NCBI GenBank assembly: GCA_051294375.1 | Contig: CM119268.1 | Coordinates: 6,915,382-6,979,381, forward strand | DNA: 64,000 bases | DNA from: Paraspadella gotoi | Taxonomy: Eukaryota; Animalia; Chaetognatha | Reading direction: 5' to 3' | In this document: positions 36,546-49,792 of the stretch, piece after piece | Layout of the letters: the number at the start of each line of letters is the position of its first letter | Position numbering within the stretch: the first letter of the stretch is position 1 | Notes under the pieces: generated by a model | Seen by the model: only the letters and a program-made list of their open reading frames with translations | The model's database searches: none | What the model was told of the DNA's origin: nothing | Made by a program: the position numbers and the translations under genes

Positions 36546-39500
36546 ACTTGGAGAGGTCCGCTTTTAGAGCGAGAAAAAGGGAAAGGCCAATCACTTTGCT
36601 TAGACAGATCGAGGTCACGTGTGTTGAATCGAGAGTGTTTACGCTTTTGGTCCCTTGGAGGCGCGAGGTGTCTGCTGTAGGTCCAAGAGAAATAATGGGA
36701 AAAAACGGACGGTCACGAGAAAGTGTCGCCAAAGTTTGGATAGATTTGGTGTTAAACATGAGAGAAAGTGCCGATGAGGGCTGACTCGGTTGAAAATAAG
36801 AAGGGGGAACGTACGATACGATAAGGAAATGAGTGCGAGGCGAGAAGTGAATGGGTTGAAGGGCGGGTAGTGAAGCGGGTCGATTACTGGCGATGACTGG
36901 GGAAGGTTAATGACGATGGGATGTGTGGGGAACTCTCAAATTTGGACACTCTCGTCGAGAAACATACGAGGTAGGAATCGATACAGAGAGGAGATGGAGT
37001 TTTGAGAGAGACGAGGATTTATATGGACAGAGAGACGGATAATATGGTAGAGAGACGAGCAGAGGATGATGGACGCATGAGAGAGGAGGTACAGCAGTAA
37101 AGAGAATGCTAACTATCGATTGAGATGTGAGAGTGTGAGAAAAGTGAAATTCTCATACATGCCATCGAATAAACTTATTTCGCGAAGAAACGCCAAAAAC
37201 CTTAAACGGTCAGACTGTCTCTGATTTCGAGATAGTATCGCTTTGCCTCTCTCCGTTGAGTGTTTATTATATACTCTCGGTGTGTCGTGAAAAACCCGTG
37301 AATCATAGAATCGTTGATTCCGTGACTTCATGCGGCGAAGCCGGTCGTGAATTTCGGTTTTTCGTCGTGTTCTTCGTTTGTCGTTCGGTGACAGTACGTG
37401 ACGAGTCACAACGGATCGTCTTGAATGCAGAAGGAAAAGACTAATTCTAAATATATGGTTTTTAAACCTCTTTTAAACGCTTAGAATTTAATTAACACAT
37501 TTAAACCTGGAAAATAGCTTATTTACCGAAGAAATATATGAATTTAAAACATTTCTTTTTAAATTTCATATATCAATAATGTATCTTTAGATTAGAAAGT
37601 AGATATTGGATAGTTTCGTCTTTATGTTTTCATTTTTTATTGAGTGCTTGAAGCTTAATTTTTCAATCAGAAGTTATTTATTCTATTTATATAGTATGTG
37701 ATTTCTGTGATATCATTCATATTAGATATGCTCACCATGCTAGCGAAAGATTGCACACTCCAGCAGACACAACTTTTCTAATCAATGACCACACCGAATA
37801 ATTTAAGTAAAGAAGACGTAAGATATCCATTGGCGGTGATCGATCGGGATCTTTGCTCGGCAATACGTAAGGAGGAAATTTATTTAAATGCTTCACATAA
37901 ACCTCGCTTTTCTTCGCCCCGAACACCGACTTCCAATCCCCGTGTGGTCGTCATTGTTCAATGGTGCTTTTTCTCACGAGCCCAACTGTACGCAGCTGCG
38001 TGATTGATCGACTGGGACGTCAGCGAGATGTTGGGAACGGAAGGGCGGAGGGGACGGACGCGCGGCGGTGGGACGCCGCGGGACGCGAGGGGGGCCCAGA
38101 AGTGGGAAAATCTAGTGGATCAAGTTAGTTTGAAGGTAAAGAGAATATAGACAAAAAGAGAACGGAAGAAGCAATCGAAATATAGAGCCCTAATACGAGT
38201 GCGATTACATGACCATTAAATCGTGATTGTAAGTCGGCTGACGTGCTAAAGACGGAGTGAATCGGGGGACGAGAATGACAATAAAGAAAATATTTATGTT
38301 TTCCGAACCACTTTTTTTTTTGTGTCTCGCATTTCGGCTCATCTCATATAAAGTGTTTGCTGCCTCTTTTTAAGACAAATGAACGCATCAGAAACCCTTT
38401 AACCCCTTTCGACGAACGGGGGGAAGCGCGGCGGCGCGGGAGGCGTGACAAAGAGCTTGGATGGGGAGATCGGGGTTTAAAAAGAGTTCGGCAGGGCGGT
38501 CGTGGCGTCATGGTGTTCAATTCGAGAACAGGACTGTAAACTCAGAAGAAATAGGTACAAGAAGGTTGGATCAATATATTCGGGATTAAATATCCACACA
38601 CTCTTAAGCACGTGTTCAGATCTGATTTAAAAAAGAGAACGCCTAATCTTTTCGCTCCAAACACACATCCGAGGAGAACCGCTCTGTGCGACCTTGCTTT
38701 TCTCGCACGGCGCGTTAAGAGCACTCGGAAGCCTCGTCGCGCCGCTGATAGGACTCCTGACACGACGCGCCTTGCTCTAAATCGATTTCCTTATACGTGC
38801 GCTGGCGCGTCGAAATTCCTCCGCGCAAAGGCTACGCCGCGCTCGCAATAAAAAGGGCATCATTCGACCCTTCCAGCGCTCGTAACGCGGCTTACGAACA
38901 GGGCGTAGCCGCCCCTTTGGCGTCTCTCCGATCTCTACGGGTACTCGACGGCGCGCGCGAAAAAGGCGAAGCACACTAAAATGCCCGCGTAAACAACCAA
39001 TTTTAGTCAACTTCGAGTTCAAATATAAGAAAAGGAGAAAGGGATAACGATGCTCGGACGCTGCTAGATTTGCGAAAAAAGGGAAACACTTTTTTTTTTC
39101 TATTTTCTTTCTTTCTCCGATGTTAACAGAAAAAAAATTCTCTTCCTTAATTTCGGTAACAGGTAATCGTTATAAGAAAGAGAAGGTACTGAGAGAGAGA
39201 GGAGATGAATGAGAGAGAGAGAGAGACGCAGATTGGAGATCGTATATTGATAGAGGAGAGAGTGGCGTCAAGCTATCAATTTTAGGTTGATTTCTGTTGT
39301 ACTGCGGATAAACCCGAAGCGAGGTGCGATCTCCAGTATTTTGGAGTACCGGTTAAGTGGCAACCGAGTCAATGACCCATCGCGTGATCGCGTGAGGGTT
39401 TCCTTCTTCCAAGACGAAAGGCATTAGTAGAGGCTTTGAGTAGCATTTGTACGATTTATCATATAAGCACTTACCTTCGCGATTGTTATTACTTTTACAT

Positions 39501-40640
39501 TTTATGATGTACATATCATAACATAAATATACAAATTTAAGTTCAGGCTGTCATAAGGGGCTTTTTGGATCTACGTCATCTTGTTATCCCTCTCCTCGGC
39601 GTTGCCGGCGAGAAGTAAATAAAAAGTGACTATGGGTGAATCTTCCGTGGACATGTGATAGATGCGATCAGAATAGCAGGCATAATCAAGGAAAGTAAAA
39701 TTGTAGAGGAACATGTCCACGGTATAAAGGAAAATAGGGTAAGAGAAATGTCAGAATTTGTAGAACACTGAAGAGGAAAGGATATAAGTAATTTATAGTT
39801 TGTTCTATGATGTCGTTCAAAAGAATTGTCGAGAATAATAAAAGAAAAAAAGTGAAAAAGAAAGAGCGCGACAGCAGAGAAAAGAAGAAAACGGTAGTGC
39901 ACAGAGGGAGTAGGAGCTAATTAAGGAAAGTAGGCGTAGAGAAGGGGCGTGGCGGGGAAAAGGCAGGGTTGGTTTTTTTGTGAACAGCTTTGGTGACATA
40001 TTAGCGAGGCGGTGACTTCTAATACAAGCCGACTAAGCGAGGCAAGCGGAGGCAGAGAATATAATGTCTCATGTAAAAAAGGATTCGAAGAGACGGGAAT
40101 TGTGCGACCCAGGCGATATGATGGTCGATGAGGAAAACATGCTCGCCCGAATGTTCCGCGCTCACCACCTAACCCAGCCTCCGCCCGGGGTTCAAATATA
40201 TTCCGTATCGGCCCAGTAGGAAGAATAGGTGTTTTAGTCGGAATTACTAGGACTCGACGCGTAAAAAGTCGATCTCTCGAATTCTATATACCGCTGTGAA
40301 TGTGAGGTAAATTGATGTTATTGCCACGCTGAGTTTTTTGTTAAGAGTCTGTTTAAGATGGATAAGAGAGAGCATGAGAGAGCAGAAAAAGGCGAGAGAA
40401 GAGGGAGAAGAAGAGAGACGAGAGGAGAGAGACGAGCGAGGAAGAGAGAGAAGAGGAGAGAGAGAAAGTGGGTCAGGAAAAATCGAGCATGTTGAGACGC
40501 GATGTTAGCCGTGCGTGAGGGACGCGACCAGCGCGGGACGCGTGACCCGTTGATCTTAGTTCTTGAGTTTGGAAGACCGAAATCCCGTCTAGGAGAATTA
40601 TATTTGCGTCTTTTTTCCCATTGCTTGTATTTCCCTGCAG

Positions 40641-40726
40641 GTGGAAAGATAATAAAGTACTTTTCACGACGTGGCAGAGGATTGAGACGGAGAGGCGGTT
40701 GGCTGGATGTGTTTTAGAGAGAGAAG
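40641..40726 (+). CDS. Possible isolated exon (WKDNKVLFTTWQRIETERRLAGCVLERE)
   Basis: Good acceptor ttgtatttccctgcag|G and donor AAG|gtattc, but in a low-quality region with no recognisable homology. Confidence 0.2.
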
Positions 40727-43700
40727 GTATTCCGAACGTTATTTCTTTGTTACTAAGGATTTTATGTGGGTTTTTTTGCTGTTTTTATAAAGCCAAAAAT
40801 AAGATGATTAATTAATATTTTTTAACGCCCGCCCCTTCTGAAATTTTTGAAATTGCTTAGGAGGGAGAGAGAGAGAGATGAGAGAAGGAGAGATGGGAGA
40901 GGATGATCAGAGAGGAGAAGTAGACTGATGACGAGAGGAGGAGGAGCAGAGTGAGAGAGAAAGCAATCAAGAAAAACCGTCTAAACCTTTAATGTTAATG
41001 CTTTCTGAACCTATAGTATAATTCCCGGTCTGCGATGAGTGACTACTAGAAGTGGATTGTAAGATATTCCCATCTTTCTCCTCCGCCAATCTCGCAAATC
41101 CCCAGAACAGATAAAGTTCGCCGGGAATGCGACTCCGGGTGCGACGAATTGTAAACAAGGTTCTCGGCGCCGATGTCTTATCGCTGCAAAAGTGCTGCCC
41201 GCGGGGAAAGGTGGGGATGCGGGCGGAAAAGAAGGAGTGTAATGGGGCAAAGAAGGAGACTGGTAAGGGGGGAAGAGGAGGTAAGGAGGGAAGTCTTATT
41301 CTTTCTCCTCGGACTACCTCACTTATATCTCTTTCTTCTGTGCTTCTATCTTTCTATCTCTTCTTTAGTAGTTGATGGATAAGAAAACCTCTAACCAGGA
41401 ATTAATTTCCAATGAGTCTTATTTATTATTAATTTCTGAAATATTACAGCAATTAAACGTATAGAAGAAGATTGGCCTTGATATAGTATACTACAGTATA
41501 TCGCCTCGTCTATTTTTAAAAGAAGCTCACTCGGTGGAGGCGAGATCGGGTCGGGGTTAAGCGCGGGAAGCGACGTACGTGAAACATGAAGTCGCTTTAT
41601 CGGGTCTCGTGCTCTAAGATGGGAGAGTTAAACACGGGGTTTCTATTACTCGTAACCCTCGCTTCCTCCGTTTTTATCGAATATTGTTTACGTTAGTGAG
41701 AGTTTTCGGGTCTTTTTTGTTTACGCGGTGAATTTTGGGAGCGAATGGGGGGCGGAGGGAGAAAAGGGGAGATGGGATAAGACGTTGATAATTTAGTTTA
41801 AAGATTCACCCTTCGCATCGCCAGGTAGGGGGACTTGTCTGAGGGAGGAAGGGCGCTTTATATCACTTCAATTAAGTCACAACAATTAGGAATATAAAAT
41901 GGCATAAATAATTTGAAAATCACGGCGGGCCGCGCGGGTAAATATTTCGACAATGCGCAGAGGGCAGGAGCCACTCGCGGTTTTAAACTTTTACTATGTT
42001 AGCGAAAGATTTGGGACGATCTTAGGTCTTTACAGATCGCGAAAGAACATTAAAACGAATTATAGTTAGTATCCCGAATTCGTGGAATCGACGTTCAGCC
42101 TAAGAAACTACCATAAATTTTTGAGCAATCGTTAAATTATAACAATAACGAAAAATCGTTTTTTTGGTGTCGTGCTGAATATGCTAAGTATATGCGGCTG
42201 AGGTAAAAGAAAGAAGAGTTCCGTTCTGACAGAATAAATTATTGGTAGTATCTAGGACTCGTGGTGACCTTGACTAACGAACGTCGCTAATTGTTTCTCC
42301 ATGCAAAATAAGTTAATTAGTTCACGCATGTCTCTTTTCTTGGAGGAATAATGTCGACTTTCACTCTTAGGCATCGAATATGACACACAAAAAAAAAAAA
42401 GCGGAATATATTTAAGAAAAAAGGGTCATTAATTCACTTCAAAATAGGCCAAAATGGCGAGTACAAATCGAGACAAGAACGTGGGCTGCCTGAGCGATTC
42501 CGACCAATGTATTCACTTTAACATTTGATTGCATTCTACCCCATTTTATATCGGTTTAATTATAATTATAAAATAAAAAGAAACCTATCTGAAGAGTTGC
42601 AGGTCAAAAACGGAATCAATGGCCAATCATCTTGATAGTTTTTATGATTTTTTTATTTACTGAATTAAAAAAGGTAATATGAGATGACATTTTTTGTTAA
42701 ATTTCACTTGTATCCCTTGAAATGAAACTTTTTAAACTTTTTAACCTAATTCTTTCTAACTGGGAACGCTGTTTTATTCAAAATGTCGTCTCTATTACAT
42801 TTTTACAAATGGTTTTTAAGATTTGTAATTCAAATTTTAAATATCAGATAGTATATGATGCAGTGGTTGTTAAGGCTGCAACTTCTCAAATTCAGTGTTA
42901 GATTCATTGTAGCTCGAATTTCGTGTATTAGAGCCAGTCTAATTTTAACTGGATAGATTTTGTTCATGACTTTGGAAAACCAACAGGACAGTAACGGAGA
43001 TTAATTGTTTAATTTGCTGCACCCTCTCAGTAAACGTCACCACGAATACCGTGTTTTAAGTTATGCTATACCTAGAATTTTTTAACAAACAGAGTTGAAA
43101 GAACAAAATCTTTAAAAAAATGTGGGGTTAGCATTAAAACTGTAAATTTTGTGAGATATTGTACCAGGGAGATTTCAATTAAAAAATAAATTTAGAAAAC
43201 AGCAGAATTTGACATTATATAGAACTGAAAGAGATACTTTTTTTTGGAGTAGAATCTTGTGAAAATTAGACTGAAATCGCCTGTTGTTCTCGTATGTATA
43301 TTCTCAAATGTTTTTAGCTCGCTTCAATACATCAATGATTACGGTATTGTTATGGACTCGAGTGACGCTCTATCATAATCGCAAAGTAGTTCATTAGTTT
43401 TAAACTTCCCGCAGTCGACTCACTCCAACGATAGAAAAGGAGGAATGCGTTTTAGATTTGAATACAGGATGGTAAATGAAATATTAATCTCTTTCTTTTT
43501 CTTTTCTGTCGATTTTGAGATAATATTTTATATGCGCATCTTGAGTCGTTTCCATCTTAAACTTAGTACAACGTTGTTTTTTTCTCGCAGCTGTGAACTT
43601 CGTCAGCGTATTGTTTGCAACGCACCAAGACACGTTGACTTCTGGAATGCTCTGTCCAAGTTTATTTCTTCCGCGGGCAAGGTTTCTCTAGAAACTCTTT

Positions 43701-45079
43701 AGAAATTATGTCCGAGAACCTGGGGATACGTAAAAGATGAAAAGACGTTAACGTAGGGGATAGTGCTCACGCGCGCGACAGTTGAGCGGCCAGCGGGGCC
43801 CATCAGTGTGAATCTGCCAGAGACCGACCGGATATTTTGGTGTAGCCTGTCGTACGTACGTCGTCGTCGTCGCTCCAGTCTTCCCAACGTTGAACTCTGA
43901 AGGAATAATACATCCGGACTATCTAAACCGATCAGACCGAGAATACATCTCTTCCTACTCAACGCAAAATACAATTCTAGTTGAATTAATTCATGGAGTC
44001 CGAACGGGGATCAAATAAACCAACCCAGAACACTAAACGAACTAAACAATGAGCCTAAAAGACTCAACTCGCGAAACGCCGAACACCAATCAGCATAGAA
44101 GAACCGACAACGAGACTATTTGAGACTGGGATACTAGACAAGAAGAAAGTCACAGAAGGAACCGACGTACCAACCCACCAGGACGAGAGCGAGGAAAATC
44201 TATAGTAGAGCCAGCTTAAAACGCTAACGCGACCACCCAATATAACCTCGTAACCTCCCCAGGTAACTTTCAAACACAACACGACTATCTTCCTCCCCCT
44301 TTCCACAAAAAAAAGGATAAAGAAGGTGAAAAATGAACGACAGCCGTAACCTTTTGTCAACCACACCCGGTAATAACCATACTAACAAAAATCTTGGAAT
44401 GAAAAAAATTAACCGTGTGTCTCCATAAAGCTCCGAGTTTGTTTCGTGCTGTTTTAGGTGTGAGTAAAGCGGAGAGTGGAGAGATTTAGATGCATTAGGG
44501 CGGGGTGGTGAACTCAGCGCTGCCGAGTTCGGGGGTTCCCTATCTGTATAAATTTCTTCTGTGTTAATGGCCGTCGGTTTCTGGTCTCGACGGGAATTTT
44601 CTCAGCGAATATAATGAAAATGAGAAAAACGATGACACGGATTGAGAAGACGGCTGAAAAGTTAGAATGTGTCATATACCAACTGATATACGCTACGTAC
44701 ATGCTCTGGGCACCTCCCTCCTTTACGCTCACCATTCCCATCATAAGCGTTGGGCATATAGAAATATAACGTACGGAGCCTAGGTGTAAACACGCATAAA
44801 TACCTTATCTCTCTGCAAATATTTATTTAAACTAAACTTATTATATAAATATGCTATTTTTGAATCGTTATGATCATATTTCAAGGTATCATATTTGAAG
44901 TACAGTTATAAAAAATGAAATGTCACCATCAAGCTCAAGTCTCTCTGTATTAGTCGCCTAGGCCGTGTACCACAATAAACCAAGTAGCAGACTAAAGTTT
45001 CGAAACATCTAAAAAGGTAATCACGGAAGATAGCCGTCATTATGAGATTAATGATTTCCGGCGCCAAACAACAGAGGGT

Positions 45080-45262
45080 ATAGATTCCGTATTCTCTGTT
45101 TAGTTTTTCCGTAAACTCTGCGTATATTAAGTTGGTTGTTGTCATTGGGATATAAGTGAAGTAGCAAAAGTTTCCTGAATGCTGCTCTCAACGCGGTCAA
45201 GTCAGTTCTTGCTTTTCGAGCCCCGAAATGGAAATTCCTATCAGGGTGATACAAACACGCTG
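45080..45262 (-). pseudogene. Possible J-domain-like coding fragment (frameshifted)
   Basis: Joining frames gives ..YHPDRN../GLEKQELT(L)TALRAAFRKLLLLHLYPNDNNQLN/IYAEFTEKLNREY, reminiscent of DnaJ helices II-III. This needs assumed indels. Confidence 0.25.
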
Positions 45263-45776
45263 CCTTACAGCATTTAACCAAACCTCCACTCGTTGAAACT
45301 CTCCACAATAAACAACACTATCAACTACTACAGTCCCCCGACATAACTTATCAAGTCGATTTTCCCGTTTTTCCATCTCGCCCGCCCGATCGGAGGTCAT
45401 GACAGTGGGGCACAATCGGTGGAGCAATGCAAAAGACGGTCCTGGGGATCGGGCCGAGAGAGGAGAGATAGAGGGAGAGAGGGAGAGAGGGAGAGCAGGG
45501 AGAGAGAGAAGGAGTAAAACAAAAGAAAAAAAAAGTTTTTCTTCTCAAAGATAAAAAAAACCCTGAGTTGAAACGACGCACATCCTTCAGCGATTTCACG
45601 GAGGAGTTCACGATTTCATTCCCTTTAATCGACGCGTGTCGTTGGAGGGAGGGGAAATAGAGAGAGAGAGGAGAGGAGAGAGAGAAAGAGAAGAGAGAGA
45701 GAGAGAGAGAGGGAGGAGAGTGAAGAGAGAGAGAGAGAGATAAGAGAGAGANNNNNNNNNNNNNNNNNNNNNNNNN

Positions 45777-45811
<35 letters not shown>

Positions 45812-45859
45812 TGATTATGTGGACGAGAATTTTTGGAGACAAGATTTTTGTAATTTTGC

Positions 45860-45912
45860 CCATAGCACTCGCGGAGCAACTTCTTAACCCACTTTTCGGT
45901 CGGTCTGTCGTT
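45860..45912 (+). mobile_element. Partial or diverged end of the same HINE-like family, opposite orientation
   Basis: actcgcggagcaact...cacttttcggtcggtctgtcg matches the reverse complement of 13200-13250. Confidence 0.55.
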
Positions 45913-46777
45913 TTCTCTGTTTGTTGATCTATCTTCCGTGAATTTTAATTTTAAACTTAGTTTACTTGGTTATGGTTAAGGTTATGCACTATAAGAAGCT
46001 TTGTGTGCTTATTTTTTATAACTGTACTTCATATGTACCTTGAAATATGATCATACGATTCAAAAATAGCATAATTTATATAATAAGTTAGTTTAATAAA
46101 TATTTGGCAGAGAGATAAGGTATTATCGTGTTTTATACTCGTATATATTATATAGTAACATGGTGATGTTAAAAAGCTTCTGTCGCGTAATACCTTTAAC
46201 TTTCAGGTTCTTGTTTTCTTTTTCTTTTTTCATTTTGTGATGAAAATTCCCTCGAGACCAAAAAAAAAAGAAAGAAAAAAGAAGAATCCGACTCGCGACA
46301 AATGATAAACGTTTAAAGACGAAAACTCGAATATTTTATGAGATGACGTTTGACGCGTCATTTCTTTTTTTTTTTGTGGAGGGAGAGAGTCGTGTGAAGA
46401 CTGAAGAGTGAAATCTAGTTGGTCTCATTTCCCGTCTGTCTGTTTGTTGGTACTTTTGTGAAACTTTCTTGTCTAGTTCCCAGTCTCTTAGTCTGTCGGT
46501 CTATCATGCATCTGCATGTCTGTATGTCTGGGTTTCTGAATATTCTTTTCTTTTGCCGTACCATCGTTAATTCTGACAATCCGTTCAAGTGTCTGGCTGT
46601 CTGCCTATCAGTCTTGACAGTCTGCTCTTTCGCTCGCTCGCTCTCTCTGTCTCTATCCTTTTTTCTCTTTCTTCCTCCTTTTCATTCTTTTGTTATGAGT
46701 CTCCTTGTTTTGCTCTCACGACGAAACGTTTCAAAGCGATTCCTTTTCAACGTTTTCTCGTCAACCTTTCTTCTTTT

Positions 46778-46866
<89 letters not shown>

Positions 46867-47279
46867 CTCTCTCTCTTCACGCCTTTCGCCTTTTTGTCAT
46901 TAAAAGAAAAAAAAAGGTGAAAACAAATACAAAGAGGAAAGAATTGAAAAGATTAAAAAATTTCACATAGAAAATGAATTTGAGAAATTGACTTTTATTA
47001 CAATTCCGTGAAATTCTATAAAATTTCGAATGAAGAAAAAAAAAACTTTTTTCAGCTTTTTTCTCTTTTCTTCTTCTTTTTAAAAAAAAAAAAACCAGTA
47101 AATTTCGAAAGGCAGCGCCATAACTTATCCAGCGGAGGATAATGAAAACAAAGGAACACGCGAAGAAGAAAATGGGATAGAAAGCGGAAAAGGAAATAGG
47201 TAGACATAAAAAATGGGACCCAACAAAAAAAAAAAAGATAATGCGGACTCGTTCATCAATCCAGGTTTAGCATTTATGG

Positions 47280-48360
47280 TCGCGCGTACCGTAGAGATCG
47301 GAGAGAAAGGGGCGGCTGCGAGGGAGGCGGCGGCTGCTGCGGTTCCCGCGGCGTCGGCAACTACAGCGGCTTCAGCGGCGGGAACGACGCTCGTCGGCGG
47401 CGCAGGAGGGAGAGACTTGACCCTTTTCTTTGAGCCCGCCCCCAGAGACAATTAAAACTGCGACCTAGGTTGCCTCGTTTTTTTTGTCAAACCGGCAACT
47501 GACGTCCCGGCGTCCCGCGTCCCGGCCTCCGCGTCAACGAGCGGTCAAGACGCTTACGGTGGGGGGAACACGATTACGGTCCGGTCCAAGAAAATCCGAG
47601 CATCTCAAAAACCCGACCGAAAAAAAAGAGAAGAAATAAATAAGCGTTCACTAAAATATATTTTCTGGCATCACAATTACGATAAAAAAAAACCTCTTTC
47701 AATGTCCCCGCCCCCTTGAACTTTCATCGACGGCCATTTTGTACCAAACCAATGACGCGGACCAATGACGCCAATTTCTAACCCTAAATCCCGTCGCAAT
47801 TGCCCGCCCAATAATCTCTACATAGAATCGCATTAAGTCCTCTCGCAAATCTCGTTCCACGTTCTCAGCCACCTTCTTTTCTCGCTCTCCCCCTCCCCCC
47901 CCCCGTCGCCGCCCCCCCTCGTTATCCGAAAACCCGGCAAACGATGTCCAGCCACCGGCGAACCTTAAAATATTTATGGAGCCTTTTTTCGCGTCAGCTC
48001 TTTCCTCGAAGAAGCCGTCGGAAAAATGGCGGCATCTCTGTACGTCTCTCTCTTTTTGGGGTCCGTACCTTCTTCAACGTAATGAACATTCTAATAGTTC
48101 CTTCTTCAGTTTATATCTATCCATAATATTCCATCTGTCCATATTCTCATGACTAATCCGTCTTACCCTCTTCCTTCTGTCCGTCCGTCCGACTAGAAAT
48201 CCGCATCGAATATAATCTCCGTTTTTTTTTCCCCTTCGGCCGCGGGTCATAGCGACGGGGAGGTTCTTCTCCGACGAACACGTCCAAGCGCGTGCGCATA
48301 AAGTCCGCGAATCGTGCGTGCGCGCATGTAATCGCGTGCAAAAACATCATGCGCGCACGT
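47280..48360. promoter_or_regulatory. CpG-rich, promoter-like region
   Basis: GC boxes (cccgcccc at ~47435 and ~47706), TGACGTC (~47500), repeated ccaatgacgc (47749-47775), aaaatggcgg YY1-like (~48023), and gcgcgtgcgca/tgcgcgcatg NRF1-like (48288-48358). Confidence 0.35.
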
Positions 48361-48649
48361 TTCGGAATGAATTATGCAACGTCGGCAACGTTGACCGAAG
48401 ATCTTCGAGACCGACACGGATTCAACGATGAGTTATGGATTCGGGCAACTGGTTAGACTTCAATCTTTAATGATTGAACTATTGTCCTCAATAACTTTAG
48501 TCTTTCGTCTTAGCTTTGTTCGATGCTCATGTATGTACTGAATCAACCTTGTTGAATTCGAAATAAATCGCTGAATAATATTTAACTCGAATCAAACTGC
48601 ATTTCACGTACATTTCATGGAAATTGGTGTGTCCTCCGAAATTTTTCGT

Positions 48650-48897
48650 TTTCGGGGATCTTCCCTTTATCACGGGGGACCCTTCTCGTGCGTCTTCGTT
48701 CCATCGAGGGAAAAGCCATCGCGGAACCTTCTCTGTGGGCATTGGGAATCTTCCGATGCGGTTTCGGACCTCTCGAGACATGTGCCTGCAACGAGAGGTT
48801 TCCAAAGAAGATGAGATGATCACCGCCGCAGGCGAGCACCCTCACCCTTTGACGAACACTTATCGGACGCCCTACACCTCCTGGATGCGCTTCAGGG
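48650..48897 (+). CDS. Possible exon of unknown product (..RASSFHRGKSHRGTFSVGIGNLPMRFRTSRDMCLQREVSKEDEMITAAGEHPHPLTNTYRTPYTSWMRFR)
   Basis: Complex GC-balanced island with an open frame ending at agg|gtcaga before a pyrimidine-rich stretch. The core is reproduced in the duplicate at 57340-57640. No family recognised. Confidence 0.25.
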
Positions 48898-49359
48898 TCA
48901 GACGCTCCGCCTTCTCTCACTTTACCTCTTCCTTCTCTTCTTCCTCTTCCTCCTCCTCTCCCTCCGCCTCCAACGACGACAAACAAATCGAAGAGACGAG
49001 AACTCGAAAACAAATCGAGATCAGACCTTGAGGGGGAAAGAAGAGGGAGAAGGGGAGGGAGAGGGGGAGAGAGGGGANNNNNNNNNNNNNNNNNNNNNNN
49101 NNCAGTAGGAGGAAGGGAGGGAGAGAGTATAAGAGGGAGAGAGTGGTGAGGGGGGGAAGGAAAGAGGCAGAGCGGAGAGAGACGGGGCCGCGAGAGGAAA
49201 GAGGAGGCAGAGGAGAAGAGTGGGGAGCGGGGAAGGGATAAGAGGAGGGAGGAAGAGACGGGAGCGGGGAGAGGAAGAGCAGGGGGAGAGGCACCGTGAG
49301 AGAGTCAGGGGGGAAGGAAAGAGGAGGGGAGAGAGACGGGGCCGGGAGAGGAAGAGAGG

Positions 49360-49792
49360 GGGCTACTATATGAGCTTTAGAAATAGGGTGGCATGACGGA
49401 AAATATCACAGGCCTCGCTCATCGAGCCAGAACGACTACACTATTATGAGCTTAGTAGGGTGGATGACGGAAAATATCACAGGGTCGCCATCGAGCCAGG
49501 AACATAACACTATATGAGCTTAGTTAGCGTGGATGACGGGAAATATCACAGGGCCTCGCTATCGAGCCAGAACGACTAACACTAGATGAGCTTAGTAGGG
49601 TGGGATGACGCGAAATATCACAGGGCCTGCGCTATCGAGCCAGAACGACTACACTATATGAGCTTATAGGTGGATGGACGGGAAAATATCACCAGGGCCT
49701 CGCTATCGAGCCGAACGACTACCACTATATGAGCTTAGTAGGCGTGGATGACGCGGGAAAATATCACAGGGCCTCGCTATCGAGCCAGAACG
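49360..49792 (+). repeat. ~70 bp tandem satellite, ~6 units
   Basis: Approximate consensus cactatatgagcttagtagggtggatgacggaaaatatcacagggcctcgctatcgagccagaacgacta, repeated head-to-tail. Confidence 0.92.

Larger units (their letters stand above)
44090..46510. repeat. Inverted homology between 44090-44915 and 46010-46510
   Basis: ataccttatctctctg..atgctatttttgaatcgt.atgatcatatttcaaggta..gaagtacagttataaaaaat (44800-44916) is the reverse complement of 46011-46123; gagactggga.actagacaagaa pairs with ttcttgtctagttcccagtctc. Confidence 0.75.

Noticed and set aside
43200-43980. Possible transposase or coding remnant on the minus strand
   Set aside because: The composition is coding-like, but there is no recognisable motif and there are frequent stops.
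49360-49792. Hammerhead-ribozyme satellite / retrozyme
   Set aside because: No CUGAUGA...GAAA core on either strand of the consensus unit.
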